DNA from: Eutreptiella sp. 'Long Island Sound 2002'
Taxonomy: Eukaryota; Protista; Euglenida
DNA: 64,000 nucleotides
Assembly (NCBI GenBank): GCA_964036045.1
Contig: OZ038378.1
Span: 20,770,001 to 20,834,000, forward strand
Direction: 5' to 3'
The position numbers were made by a program, and so were the translations under genes. Every line of letters begins with the position of its first letter. The first letter of the stretch is position 1. Positions 13,405 to 25,067 of the stretch are shown one piece after another. A model generated the notes under the pieces. That model had not been told where the DNA came from. It saw only the letters and a list, made by a program, of their open reading frames with translations, and did not search any database.

Positions 13405-16400
13405 CCCGGGGGGGGGGGGGGGACGACTCCTTGGGTTTGGACGCCAACTACTCCCGCACGAACGGTTGGCCGGAAGCCCCCTAGAGGGAGGGGGGGGGGT
13501 TGGAGGGGGGATTGTGTGATGGGCGATTGGATGGGGGGAGGGGTATGGGAGGGGCTTTGGGGGGGGGGGGGGCGCGCGAAATGGGCAAAAATCAGACCTC
13601 CGTCGTGGTGCTTTGGATTTGATTGAAATTTTGGTGCATGATACCTATGGGTGTGAAGTACAATCACACAAAGTTTGAGCAAGAAACTCAACGGTGGCGG
13701 CCGGGAACGGGATTTGCAAGTGGCGGACCTCCGTTTCAAAAACTGCAGTTTAGGGCCAAAAACAGCCATTTTTGGACCAAAAACGCCCTGGAACACATTC
13801 AAAACGGCCAAACGAAGGGAAACAGCGGATACACTTCACGTGCGGCTTGACTTCCCCGTGTCAACGAGCTCTTTGCGGCCCTCTAACTCCATGATATGTC
13901 CCGAAAACGGCCCAAAAAGGCCCCCACAAGATTCAAATGCCGACAGCCACAAACCAAGAATAGGCCATATCTTTGGCTACATGGCTCAAAATGCGATTCC
14001 GAGGGCACCTACTCCACCCGCAACCCTCCACTTTTTGTGGTTTCAACCCCTCAGAATTGCCCAAACGGACGCCTAGACCCCAATACCTAGGCCCACTAGG
14101 CTGCGGCAAGCTGCAAGCTCAAGCCCAAACAAGTGGGTGCCCAAATGGGTCAATAGGATCTAGTAGGGGCAAAAAGATGACTTTTCTCAAAAATGATCCT
14201 AGACCATGTGCGACGCTAACACAAGTGTTTTTGGACCGTTTTGAGCTTGTGGTGGCCCATTTGGGTCCTCCGAAAATCCCAAAATGCCTTGAAAATGGGT
14301 TGTTTTGGGACCAAAAAATGGGTCAAAAATGGGTCAAAAACGCATTTTTCCAAACCTCATCCTAGACCATTTGGGGTGCACAAACGGGTGAAATGAGCCC
14401 ATTTTGAGCCCATTTTGAGCCCATTTTGGGGCATTTTGGCCCCTAAGAAGTCCAAAAAGCCTTGAAAGTGGGCCTCGTGGTGATGGGGTTCACTTGCAAG
14501 CTGATTTCACTTTGTCAAGAGCCATCAATGTGTGACTCATTCTTGATGTCCCTCACCAGTCATAGCTGATGTTCCCTCCCCAACCAGCTCGGTCCCAATA
14601 TTCAGTCTTGATTAGGGCTAGGGTCACCGAGCTGGTGGAACCAGTCTTGGTTTTATAACCCTTTTTAGTGTCTAGGGTGGACCTACCAGGTTTAGCAGCA
14701 AGCAAGCAGCAAGCAGCAAGCAAGCAAGCAGCACGCGCGAAATGGGGAAAAATCAGACCTCCGTCGTGGTGCTTTGGATTCGGCTGAAATTTTGGTGGAT
14801 GATACCTATGAGTGTGAAGTACAATCACACAAAGTTTGAGCAAGAAACTCACCGGTGGCGGCCGGGAACGGGATTCGCAAGTGGCGAACCTCAGTTTCAA
14901 AAACTGCAGTTTAGGGCCAAAAACAGCCATTTTTGGGCCAAAAACGCCCTGGAACACATTCAAAACGGCCAAACGAAGGGAAACAGCGGATACACTTCAC
15001 GTGCGGCTTGACTTCCCCGTGTCAACGAGCTCTTTGCGGCCCTCTAACTCCATGATATGTCCCAGAAACGGCCCAAAAAGGCCCCCACAAGCTTCAAATG
15101 CCGACAGCCACAAACCAAGAAGACGCCATATCTTTGGCTACATGGCTCAAAATGCGATTCCGAGGGCACCTACTCCACCCGCAACCCCCCCACTTTTTGT
15201 GGTTTCCACCCCTCAGAATTGCCCAAACGGACGCCTAGACCCCAATACCTAGGCCCACTAGGCTGTGTGTGGCAAGCTGCAAGCTCAAGCCCAAACAAGT
15301 GGGTGCCCAAATGGGTCAATAGGGTCTAGTAGGGGCAAAAAGATGACTTTTCTCAAAAATGATCCTAGACCATGTGCGACGCTCAAACAAGTGTTTTTGG
15401 ACCGTTTTGAGCTTGTGGTGGCCCATTTGGGTCCTCCGAAAATCCCAAAATGCCTTGAAAATGAGCCAAAAATGGGTCAAAAACGCATTTTTCCAAACCT
15501 CATCCTAGACCATTTGGGGTGCACAAACGGGTGAAATGAGCCCATTTTGAGCCCATTTTGGGGCATTTTGGCCCCTCAGAAGTCCAGCAAGCCTTGAAAG
15601 TGGGCCTCGTGGTGATGGGGTTCACTTGCAAGCTGATTCCACTTTGTCAAGAGCCATCAATGTGTGAATCATTCTTGATGTCCCTCACCAGTCATAGCTG
15701 ATGTTCCCTCCCCCACCAGCTCGGTCAAAAACGCATTTTTCCAAACCTCATCCTAGACCATTTGGGGTGCACAAACGGGTGAAATGAGCCCATTTTGAGC
15801 CCATTTTGGGGCATTTTGGCCCCTCAGAAGTCCAAAAAGCCTTGAAAGTGGGCCTCGTTGTGATGGGGTTCACTTGCAAGCTGATTCCACTTTGTCAAGA
15901 GCCATCAATGTGTGAATCATTCTTGATGTCCCTCACCAGTCATAGCTGATGTTCCCTCCCCCACCAGCTCGGTCAAAAACGCATTTTTCCAAACCTCATC
16001 CTAGACCATTTGGGGTGCGCCAACGGGTGAAATGAGCCCATTTTGAGCCCATTTTGGGGCATTTTGGCCCCTCAGAAGTCCAAAAAGCCTTGAAAGTGGG
16101 CCTCGTGGTGATGGGGTTCACTTGCAAGCTGATTCCACTTTGTCAAGAGCCATCAATGTGTGAATCATTCTTGATGTCCCTCACCAGTCATAGCTGATGT
16201 TCCCTCCCCCACCAGCTCGGTCCCAATATTCAGTCTTGATTAGGGCTAGGGTCACCGAGCTGGTGGAACCAGTCTTGGTTTTATAACCCTCTTTAGTGTC
16301 TAGGGTGGACCTAAAAGGTTTGGCAAGCAAGCAGCAAGCAAGCAGCAAGCACGCGCGAAATGGGGAAACATCAAAGCTCCTTCGTGGTGCTTCGAATTTG

Positions 16401-18996
16401 GCCAAAACTTTGGTGGATGCTACCTATGGGTGTGAGGGACAACCACACAAAGTATGAGCCAGAAACTCAACGGTGGTGACCGTGAACGGGCGTCGCAAGT
16501 GCCGGACCTCCATTTCAAAATCTGTACTTAGGGCCAAAATCAGCTTGTTTTTGCCCAAAACCGTCCTAGAACCTGCTGAAAACGGGCAAATGAAGGGAAA
16601 TAGTGGCTACTCTACATGTGCAGCTTTACTTCCCCGCGCCGATGGGCCCTCTAGGGCCCTCTAACTCCAAAATATGTCAGCGAACCGCCCCCAAAAGGCA
16701 CCCAAAAGCCCCAGAATTTTTGCACATTGGCCACCGACAACCCCAAACCAAAAACAGACCATACTTTGGGCTACGTGGCTCAAAACGTGATTTCGTGCTC
16801 ACTTAATCCACCCGCAACCACCGACTTTTGCTGGTTTCCACCCCTCAAAATTGCCCTAACCGACATCTAGCCTCCTGTACCTAGGCCTAGTGGGCTGCGG
16901 CAAGCTGCAAGAGGTAGCCCAAAGAGGTGGATGCCAAAATGGGTCAACAAGGTCCACCGGGTGCAAAAAAATGACCTTTTTCAAAAATGATCTTAGACCA
17001 CATGGAATGCCAAAACAAGTGTTTTTGGCGCGCTTTGAGCTCGTGGTGGCCCGTTTTGGCCCTCCTAAAATCCCAAAATGCTTTTGAAAATGGGCTGTTT
17101 TGGGACAAAAAATGGGTCAAAAATGGGTCAACAATGTGTTTTTCCACATATGATCCCAGACCATTTGGGGTGCCTAAACAAGTGAAGTGAGCGCTTGTCA
17201 ATCCCATTGCAAGCCATTTTGGCCCCTCCAAAGTCACAAATGCCTTGAAAATGGGTTTTTTTTGCAACCAAAAATAGGTCAAAAATGTGTTTTTCCAGGG
17301 ATACTTTTGGACTATTTGGAGTGCACAAAAAAAAGTGGAACGAGCCCATTTTGAGCCCATGTTGAGCAATTTTTGCCCCTCTCAAGGCCGAAAGGGCCTT
17401 GAAAATGGGCCAATTTAGGACCACAAATGGGTCAAAAATGGGTCAAAACCATGGTTTTCCAAAAATGATCCTGGTCCGGTTGTGGTGCCCAAACGGATGA
17501 ATACAGCTCATTTCGAGCCCCGCTCTCATCCACTTTCCAGTGCGTACCTCATTTGTCGTTGAAGTCCCCAAGACGATGTTCCGTCCCCAACCAGCTCGGT
17601 CCCAATATTCAATACTGGTTAGGGTTAGGGCTAGGCCTCGGCTTAGGGCTGGGGGTAGGGGAATGGGTAGGGGTAGGGTCACCGAGCTGATGGAACCAGT
17701 CTTGGTTTTATAACCCTTTTTAGTGTCTAGGGTGGACCTACCAGGTTTAGCAGCAGCAGCAGCAGCAGCAGCATGCGCGAAATGGGGCAAAATCAGACCT
17801 CCGTCGTGGTGCTTTGGATTTGGTTAAATTTTGGTGCATGATACCTATGAGTGTGAAGTACAATCACACAAAGTTTGAGCAAGAAACTCACCGGTGGCGG
17901 CCGGGAACGGGATTTGCAAGTGGCGGACCTCCGTTTCAAAAACTGCAGTTTAGGGCCAAAAACAGCCATTTTTGGGCCAAAAAGGCCCTGGAACACATTC
18001 AAAACGGCCAAACGAAGGGAAACGGTGGGTACACTTCACGTGCGGCTTGACTTCCCCGTGTCAACGAGCTCTTTGCGGCCCTCTAACTCCATGATATGTC
18101 CCGAAAACGGCCCAAAAAGGCCCCTAGAAGCTCAAATGCCGACAGCCACAAACCAAGAATAGGCCATATCTTTGGCTACATGGCTCAAAATGCGATTCCG
18201 AGGGCACCTACTCCACCCGCAACCCTCCACTTTTTGTGGTTTCAACCCCTCAGAATTGCCCAAACGGACGCCTAGACCCCAATACCTAGGCCCACTAGGC
18301 TGCGGCAAGCTGCAAGCTCAAGCCCAAATAGGTGGGTGCCCAAATGGGTCAATAGGGTCTAGTAGGGGCAAAAAGATGACTTTTCTCAAAAATGATCCTA
18401 GACCATGTGCGACGCTAACACAAGTGTTTTTGGACCGTTTTGAGCTTGTGGTGGCCCATTTGGGTCCTCCGAAAATCCCAAAATGCCTTGAAAATGGGTT
18501 GTTTTGGGACCAAAAAATGGGTCAAAAATGGGTCAAAAACGCATTTTTCCAAACCTCATCCTAGACCATTTGGGGTGCACAAACGGGTGAAATGAGCCCA
18601 TTTTGAGCCCATTTTGGGGCATTTTGGCCCCTCAGAAGTCCAAAAAGCCTTGAAAGTGGGCCTCGTGGTGATGGGGTTCACTTGCAAGCTGATTCCACTT
18701 TGTCAAGAGCCATCAATGTGTGAATCATTCTTGATGTCCCTCACCAGTCACAGCTGATGTTCCCTCCCCCACCAGCTCGGTCCCAATATTCAGTCTTGAT
18801 TAGGACTAGGCTGAGGGTTGGGGTGGGTGTTAGGGTCAGGGTTGGGTTTAAGGATAGTGTTGTGGTGCAAAGTGGACAAAATTTGCCTTTCTCCTGAGGG
18901 CGGCACCTTTTGGCAACTAACTGTTGGTTGGAGGCTCCCTTTGGGGGGGGGGGGGGGTAGTTGGCATCCTAGGACCCGCAGAGTCCCCCCTCCCCC
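13405..18996. mobile_element. 5.6-kb non-autonomous TIR element (E1) with 8-bp TSD carrying four tandem cassettes
   Basis: Flanked by GACATAGG at 13397-13404 and 18997-19004. Imperfect TIRs (G-run + cgactc..gg.t..tgga.gccaactac). Both subterminal regions match 22555-22583 plus 27739-28460. No transposase ORF. Confidence 0.75.
13574..18795. repeat. Tandem array of four ~1.1-1.4-kb non-coding units (A, A', divergent B, A)
   Basis: Units start with gcgcgaaatgg at 13574, 14735, 16353 and 17775. Unit 2 contains a 3 x 248-bp triplication (15475-16222). Unit 3 is visibly more diverged. ORF calls are repeat artefacts. Confidence 0.92.
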
Positions 18997-19179
18997 GACA
19001 TAGGGCTAGGTCTTCGTGCGCCACAAACGCCATGCGGCACGATCTCAGTGGGTCACGTATCACACGGGGCAACACACGCCAGCCATGCGATGCGCCTGTA
19101 TGTCAAGCCCTAGCAGGTGTCATTCATTTTGATGACAGGCATTGGGAAGCATCCCAGGTTGCAACCACACATGCGCCTA

Positions 19180-21359
19180 CTCCGGCAATCTTGTACTACC
19201 TGCCCCCCTTTTTTACCTGCTCCCCCGCTCTGGGAATTATCTAATTCCTTTATCTGCCTACCTGCCCCCCCTGAGGTGCAGGAATTAGTTTTGCACCTGC
19301 TCACCTCGGTTACCTGCCCTGGCAGAAACTGCCTCAGTGGGCCAATTTGGGCGATTTCTTCAGATCAGAGCAGCGGTTATGAATTTGATATCAATTTGTT
19401 TTCAATCCAACTCTGAACTTTCGCTTTTGATACTTCAATTCCTCGCACACCAATGCTCTAGGGATTTAAGCAGGGTAAGCTACCCTTCAAATGCATGAGC
19501 CAAGCCGAGAAACAGAGGAAGCAAGAGCAGGATGACCTGCAAGCAGATGTTGAGAAAGCAGCTAAAATCAGAAGACTGGGAGAAACGGAAATTCTCAACA
19601 AGCAAAGGGCCGAGTTGGCCCAAGACTGGGGTGTTCCTTGGCCCCCTCAAGCAGTTCTGAAGCTGGGGAGACCCAAATTGCAGGACAGGTGTGGGACACT
19701 TATATTTGAGTTCTACTGTGACTTCCACTCATTCTGGCACCACCAACCCCTCCTGTTTCAGATGGACATATGGGTTATAAAACGTGGTTCACAAGTTGGG
19801 ATCAAAAGAAGTGGCGTCAGAATTCAAGCTTACTCCGCCTCCACACAAGTATCCAGAGGAGTGGAAGGCCTCTTCGAAAGGTGTTCACATGGACCAGGTA
19901 GCACTATCCCCATCTGGTTCTGTTGTTTGTTCTCGCTGGATTCACGTCATAGCTGCAGCCTTTGGACATTTCTTGCAATCTCAAAATTAAGGCGTCACTA
20001 ACAAGTGCAGGCTCTTCATGGCTGGCCAGATGGATTTTGACCGATTGCAACACAAAGTACCCGTGGACAGCCTGCAATTCAACAGCAAACTCAGTGCTTT
20101 GAAAGAACCATTCTGTGGTTGGCTCCATACGTCTTTCCTCTCTTTGCAACAGGACTGCGAGTGCATTTTGCGTGGGTGGCGTGAAGCAAGGTTGTTGCGT
20201 GCATTTGGGGCTGAACAAGCATCGCTTTTTGCTGAAGCCAAGGCATTGAATCAACGTGGGTTGCTGTTTGGCCCACTCAACCTGAATTCAACGAAGAGCA
20301 CCCTGGGAGGGCAATGTGCACATGTGCTTGTGGCAGATCAGGGAGATATTGGTGATGCTGAGGGGGAGCCTAAAGTAGAGGCACCCCAGTGGGAGGACCT
20401 GCATGCCGAGGAGCTTGAAAGTGAGGGTCAGCCTGGTGCTGAAATTCCAGGCCCACAGGATGTGGATGACTCTCTGGGGTATAAGTTGAGGGCTGATCTG
20501 ATCCGTTGAGTTGGACTTGGTTTGCGCCCCCCCCCACCACCACCACCACCACCAAAGCCCAGACCTGCTAGCCCCCCCCACCACCAAAAAGGGTGTCTCA
20601 GGAAGAAAAAAAAAGAAGAGCACTGCAAGTGGTTCAGCACATGCCCAGGAGTCCATTCTAGAAGGTTTGCAGGATGCAGCAGATACATATGACGTTGAGG
20701 GGATCCTGAAAAAGGAGGTGCGGAACAGGAAAGTGTATTACTTTGTGAGGTGGAAAGGGTGGGGTCCTGAGGGAGATTCCAGGGAGCCCGGTGATAATCT
20801 CTGGGGTTGCGATGATGCAATCGCAAGGTTTGAAGGACAGTGATCTGGAGTTCAGGCCCTGGGGTTCAGGCCCTGCCTGGTGTTGTTTGAGCAGTGTTCT
20901 TTGCCAAGCTCTGGACCAGGAAGCCAGCTAGCCCAGGAACATTCGGGCCATGATTTCTTCTTCGTGTGCGAAATGTTGTTCATGCTCAGTGCTGTGTGTT
21001 GCATTTCAGTATCTAGGAGTGTCTGCTTAGTAAATTTCAGTGATCCCAGAAATCCTTTTTGCTGAAATTAGCCCCCAGGATCATTTTGTTTGCTGAAAAA
21101 AAGTTAACAGAAGGGCTGGTTTGTTGCAGAATTTTTGGTACAAAGCAACAAGGTCAGCAAAATTTCTGTCCCAAGTAGCATCAGAATTTTTTTAACAAGA
21201 ATTACCCCACATGCACCCCTCCACGGGGAAATAATTATTTATTTTGCTTGGCACCCGCCTACCCGCCCCCCCCTGCCACCATGAATTATTTTTTACCCGC
21301 TCACATGCCCCCCCCTCCAAAAATTGATAAAGGGGGCAGGTAGCACAAGATTGCCGGAG
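19180..21359 (+). mobile_element. 2,180-bp pogo/Tc1-mariner-type DNA transposon (internally deleted) with chromodomain
   Basis: TA at 19178-79 and 21360-61. 28-bp TIRs CTCCGGCAATCTTGT(A/G)CTACCTGCCCCC (27/28 match). Subterminal TACCTGCCCC repeats. Broken ORF with GRPK, IPSG..SLD.HVIAAAF and ILRGWREA remnants. Confidence 0.88.
20688..20843 (+). pseudogene. Chromodomain at the C-terminus of the decayed transposase, inside the TIRs
   Basis: YDVEGILKKEVRNRKVYYFVRWKGWGPEGDSREPGDNLWGCDDAIARFE. Cage residues Y, W, W retained; canonical TWEP Trp replaced by Arg. Confidence 0.88.
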
Positions 21360-21964
21360 TACTGTACTCTGGGCGGGTATGCGGCCCCCAACCACCAACA
21401 CCAACAGGCGTCAGCACGTGTCACGGGCTGCTGGCAAAATGCTGGATGCGATGTTGAAGGCAACGTTGAAGGAAAATGGACTTCTGCACATGCACATTCA
21501 AACCCTTTGCCAAGCACCTCTGAACACCCAGCGACAAAAGTGAAGGGAAAGCGGGTGATGAATCATCGTACATGCAGTGCACATATGCACCAATGCAAAA
21601 CAGAGGCCCCCTCCTCCCCCCGGGCTCCATCTGATGTAATCTGGTGGGCAGCAACGTGTTCAATCTGCGTTTACTGCATTCTTCGTGTGTTCCACCGGTT
21701 CGAAATTGAATCGAACAACTAGAGGAGCGTTGTGCAGGATCAGGAGCCTTACCACAGGGCCCTGCACCATGTCCACACAGCTGCTGCATTTTCAGCCACA
21801 CAGCAGCTCTGTTTAGCGCCTGCTGGGGGAGCGTCGTTGTGCATGTCCTCTCCCACCTCTTCCACCACTGCCCTGGCTGTGTAGAGGGTCCCCACCACAC
21901 ATCATAGTATGCAATGCAGTGGACTGTGGACTGGTATCACGGCGCGGCAAAGCAAAGGTCAGAC

Positions 21965-22364
21965 CTGTGGACCGTCTCGGGCCCCGGCTGTGATGGCCGA
22001 CTCGGCACTCGGCAGTGGAACGGCCGCCGTGGCCTTTTCAGAAGCTGCTGCTGAGGCAGGGGCGGTGGGCACCGCTGCAGCAGCAGCCGTGGGGGCCTGT
22101 GCCGCCAGAGTGTGGCCATGGGAGGAGGGCACCTGTGGCACACTCTCACGGGCTGGGGACCTCCGGGGCGCACGCGTCGGAGAGCATGACGCGCGGGCCG
22201 GGGACCGCCGTGGGGCGTTCGCTGGGGACCGGCCCCGGGCCGGGGATCGCGGTAGACGGGCCGGGGACGGTGAGGCGCGGGCCGGGGTCCGGGGGGTGGC
22301 GCCTTCTGGGCGGGCCCCGACGGGTGGATGCAGGCCCCCAGCGGCGAGCACAGGGGGCTTGGCC
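21965..22364 (-). CDS. Candidate host exon, Arg-Ser-Pro/Ala-rich
   Basis: Acceptor tctgcag|G and donor CAG|gtctga, 1+133 codons open (RSPAR repeats). Phase-compatible with the 30752-30916 exon. Confidence 0.45.
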
Positions 22365-22580
22365 CTGCAGACATGCACATGTGGTAAAAGGGAGGAGGTA
22401 CTGGAATGCAGACGGACACGGGGGTGGGGAGGGGGCGCACAAAAGAGTGTGGGCAGATCCCTCTTCTATTCGTGACCCGGGGGCGGGGGGTAGTCCATGA
22501 AGGCTGGTGTGGTCGTACACCTGGTGTCCGGTGCCATGTCTGTTGTGCGACCTGCGGGGGGGGGGGGGGGCGACCCCTCG

Positions 22581-22687
22581 GTTTAGGTTATGCACCCTGC
22601 ACTGAAACATGCACTGCACCACAAGCCCAACACACAGCCTGTCACTTGCTGACAACAACTCGGGGTTCAGGTCCATGCCCCTACCCG
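22581..22687 (-). repeat. Split direct repeat B2 (3' terminus)
   Basis: gtttaggttatgcaccctgc...ccatgcccctacccg matches 22969-23075. Confidence 0.95.
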
Positions 22688-22889
22688 GGGGCAGGGCATG
22701 TGCAGCCAGGCAGGCTGCTTCCAGTAGACAGTGTTTGCAAAGCGGAGGCGGCTGAGCTGACTGTACTGCGGCACAGGCGCTGGATGCATTCTGCGACCCG
22801 GAGGGGGGGGGGGGTGGGTGGGGGCAGGGCACTGGCCGGTGTGGTGGGTGGGGTAGCAGATCCAGGGCCAGTAAGGGTGGGTGGGTGGG

Positions 22890-23075
22890 GGACCCAACCA
22901 TCAGTGCAAAGAACACACTATGCAACGCAGTCGGAGTCCTAAACTATAGTTTATATCCATAAACTAAGGTTTAGGTTATGCACCCTGCACTGAAACATGC
23001 ACTGCACCACAAGCCCAACACACAGCCTGTCACTTGCTGACAACAACTCGGGGTTCAGGTCCATGCCCCTACCCG
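22890..23075 (-). repeat. Internal B1-A2 junction (circle-junction copy)
   Basis: A2 (22890-22971) overlaps B1 (22969-23075) by GTT: ataaactaag-GTT-taggttatg. Confidence 0.95.
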
Positions 23076-23247
23076 ATGAAAACGCTGTGCGGCTCCCCCC
23101 CCCCCTGTCTCTAGAAAAGACTGGGGAGAGGGCACGGGGGGGTAGGGCAGGGTGGCGCTGGCTTACCTCGAAAACCGGGTGGCTCCCACGCGTTGCCCTT
23201 GCGGCCGCTGTGGGATCTCCCTGCGCCTGTGCCCCCCCCCCCCCCCC

Positions 23248-25048
23248 TCAGCCTCTGTATCGCACCGTCCCTACATGCAGGGGTGTGTGCACGCGCTCCT
23301 GGTCCAAGCGTGCTTGAGTGCATAGTGCTGCTACAAGCATGTCGTCTGGAGATTCATATGATCTCCAGCGGGATGGTACATCCGCGGGGTTCAACTCTCC
23401 CTTGACCCACAGCAGTTCAACCACCGCCCCAGACCAACGCAGAGTGTGCTGCAGTTGGCGCAGCAGCCTGTTTTGTGCATCACAGGCCGTGGCTGCTCTG
23501 CCCTTCATGGCAGAAAACAATGATGACATGTTGTCACCATAGATCCGCAGGAACTGCACCCGTCTGTATGCCCCCGTGCGCACTGCCTCGACAATACCAG
23601 CCAGCTCCGCTGCTTGCTGTGTAGCTACCCAATCAGGCAGCCTCTTTATACGCATCCCCACTGAATCCCCCCAAATGCCCACATAATAATTCTGGCCCTG
23701 TCGGGCCGCGTCGCAGTAAAACGTATCAGTTGATCCTAGGGCGCCGTGTGGCACCCATGGGACCAAAGCACAAGCAATGCCTTCCAGGAGGCCCCGCAGG
23801 ACCTTGGGTGGTGTGCACTTCGCAGTACTGGGTCCTTGGTTGAGCCAACGGTACGCGCCAGCCAGGAAAGGCTGCGCCCCCCTCCCCGGCCGCAGTGCCC
23901 ACTGTAGTTTCCCCAGCATGCGCCTCAGCGCTTTGTCTGAATATCCGGTGGTGGCTAGTCTAAGCCAACAGCAGACGAGGTGTGCCTGCAGTGCTGGTGC
24001 ATTCTGCACTCCTCCCTGGTCTCCCCCGACCACCTTTCCCATCCATTTCACGCGATCGCTGGGGTCTAGGGAGGACTTCGGGCTGACCACCCAACCGGCC
24101 TTTTCTAAATCTGCCTTCGTACGCAGTGCCTGCTGACGGACCGAGCTGGAGTGCCTGCCTGCCACCAACACATCATCTGCATATTGGATCACCACCACCG
24201 ACCCTGGGAAATATTCTACAAGGTATGCTGCCAAAATGGCTTGTGCCATGGAGGGACTGTGCTTCCAACCGAATGGCAGGGGCTGCAGTGCGTACACCCG
24301 CCCCCCCACCCCCACCCTGATGCTGTCGCGCTGCGGTGGGGGCAGCCGACAGCTCCAGAAGTGGTTGCTTATATCAAGGGTGCAGTAAAACAATTGCTCC
24401 CTACGCACTGCGCACAATTGCAGCAGGTGTGCCAGCCCATCCAATGTGGGCAATTTAAATGGCAGGGGGTCCACACAGCGGGCATTCAGGTCCAGCATGG
24501 GTAAGATCAGGGAGCACTTGTGCTCATTCTTGTGCTGGACATACGCCCTTGCATTCGGCGGTTTTTGCGACGGGGAAACCGCAACAAGCTGCTGCCCCAA
24601 CAGGGTGTGAACAAGTGCAACCAACGGCGGGTCCGATGAAAATGGCTGGGGGGGGGGTGCCCTCAGAGGCCCACAGGAAATTAGCCGGAGCCATGGCATC
24701 CCAGACACTGTCCGGTATGTCTATGGCCCCCGTGTCCCCCAGGCCCTTCTCGGCCACCTCCACTGGCACCACCAACTTAGACCGGTGTCTCCGCGAGGAT
24801 GACGTGCTGATGTCCGGCGGCGAGATGTCCGTGGCCGCTTCCACATTGGTGGCCAGCTCATGCAGAACCGCTCCCAGGTGACGGCTGACTGGCCCCGCCT
24901 CCTCGTTCCATCGGCACATAGTAGTCATCATGTAGTCCCTCGGCAGGTCCCTCACCGTCTGCTCCTTCACCCGGATCGTCTCCGCCACCTTCTAGGAGGC
25001 CTGTAGCCAGTGGTCCGTCACCAGAGCCCCGCATTCCGGGCACTTCAT
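23248..25048 (-). pseudogene. RT-RNase H (pol) of the YR element; one stop and one frameshift
   Basis: LDISNHFW, LPFGWKHSP, YADD (24183-24172), LGKLQW; RNase H FYCDAA, QQAAEL, YGDNMS, LNPADVPSR. The likely N-terminus (MKCPECG..) is in another frame, broken by TAG at 24992-94 and joined across a G10 run at 24648-57. Confidence 0.93.
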
Positions 25049-25067
25049 CTGGGCCAGCGCGGTGCAC

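Noticed and set aside
13574-18795. SL RNA/5S rRNA tandem gene cluster
   Set aside because: No recognisable euglenid SL exon or 5S sequence in the unit; unit ORFs are repeat artefacts.
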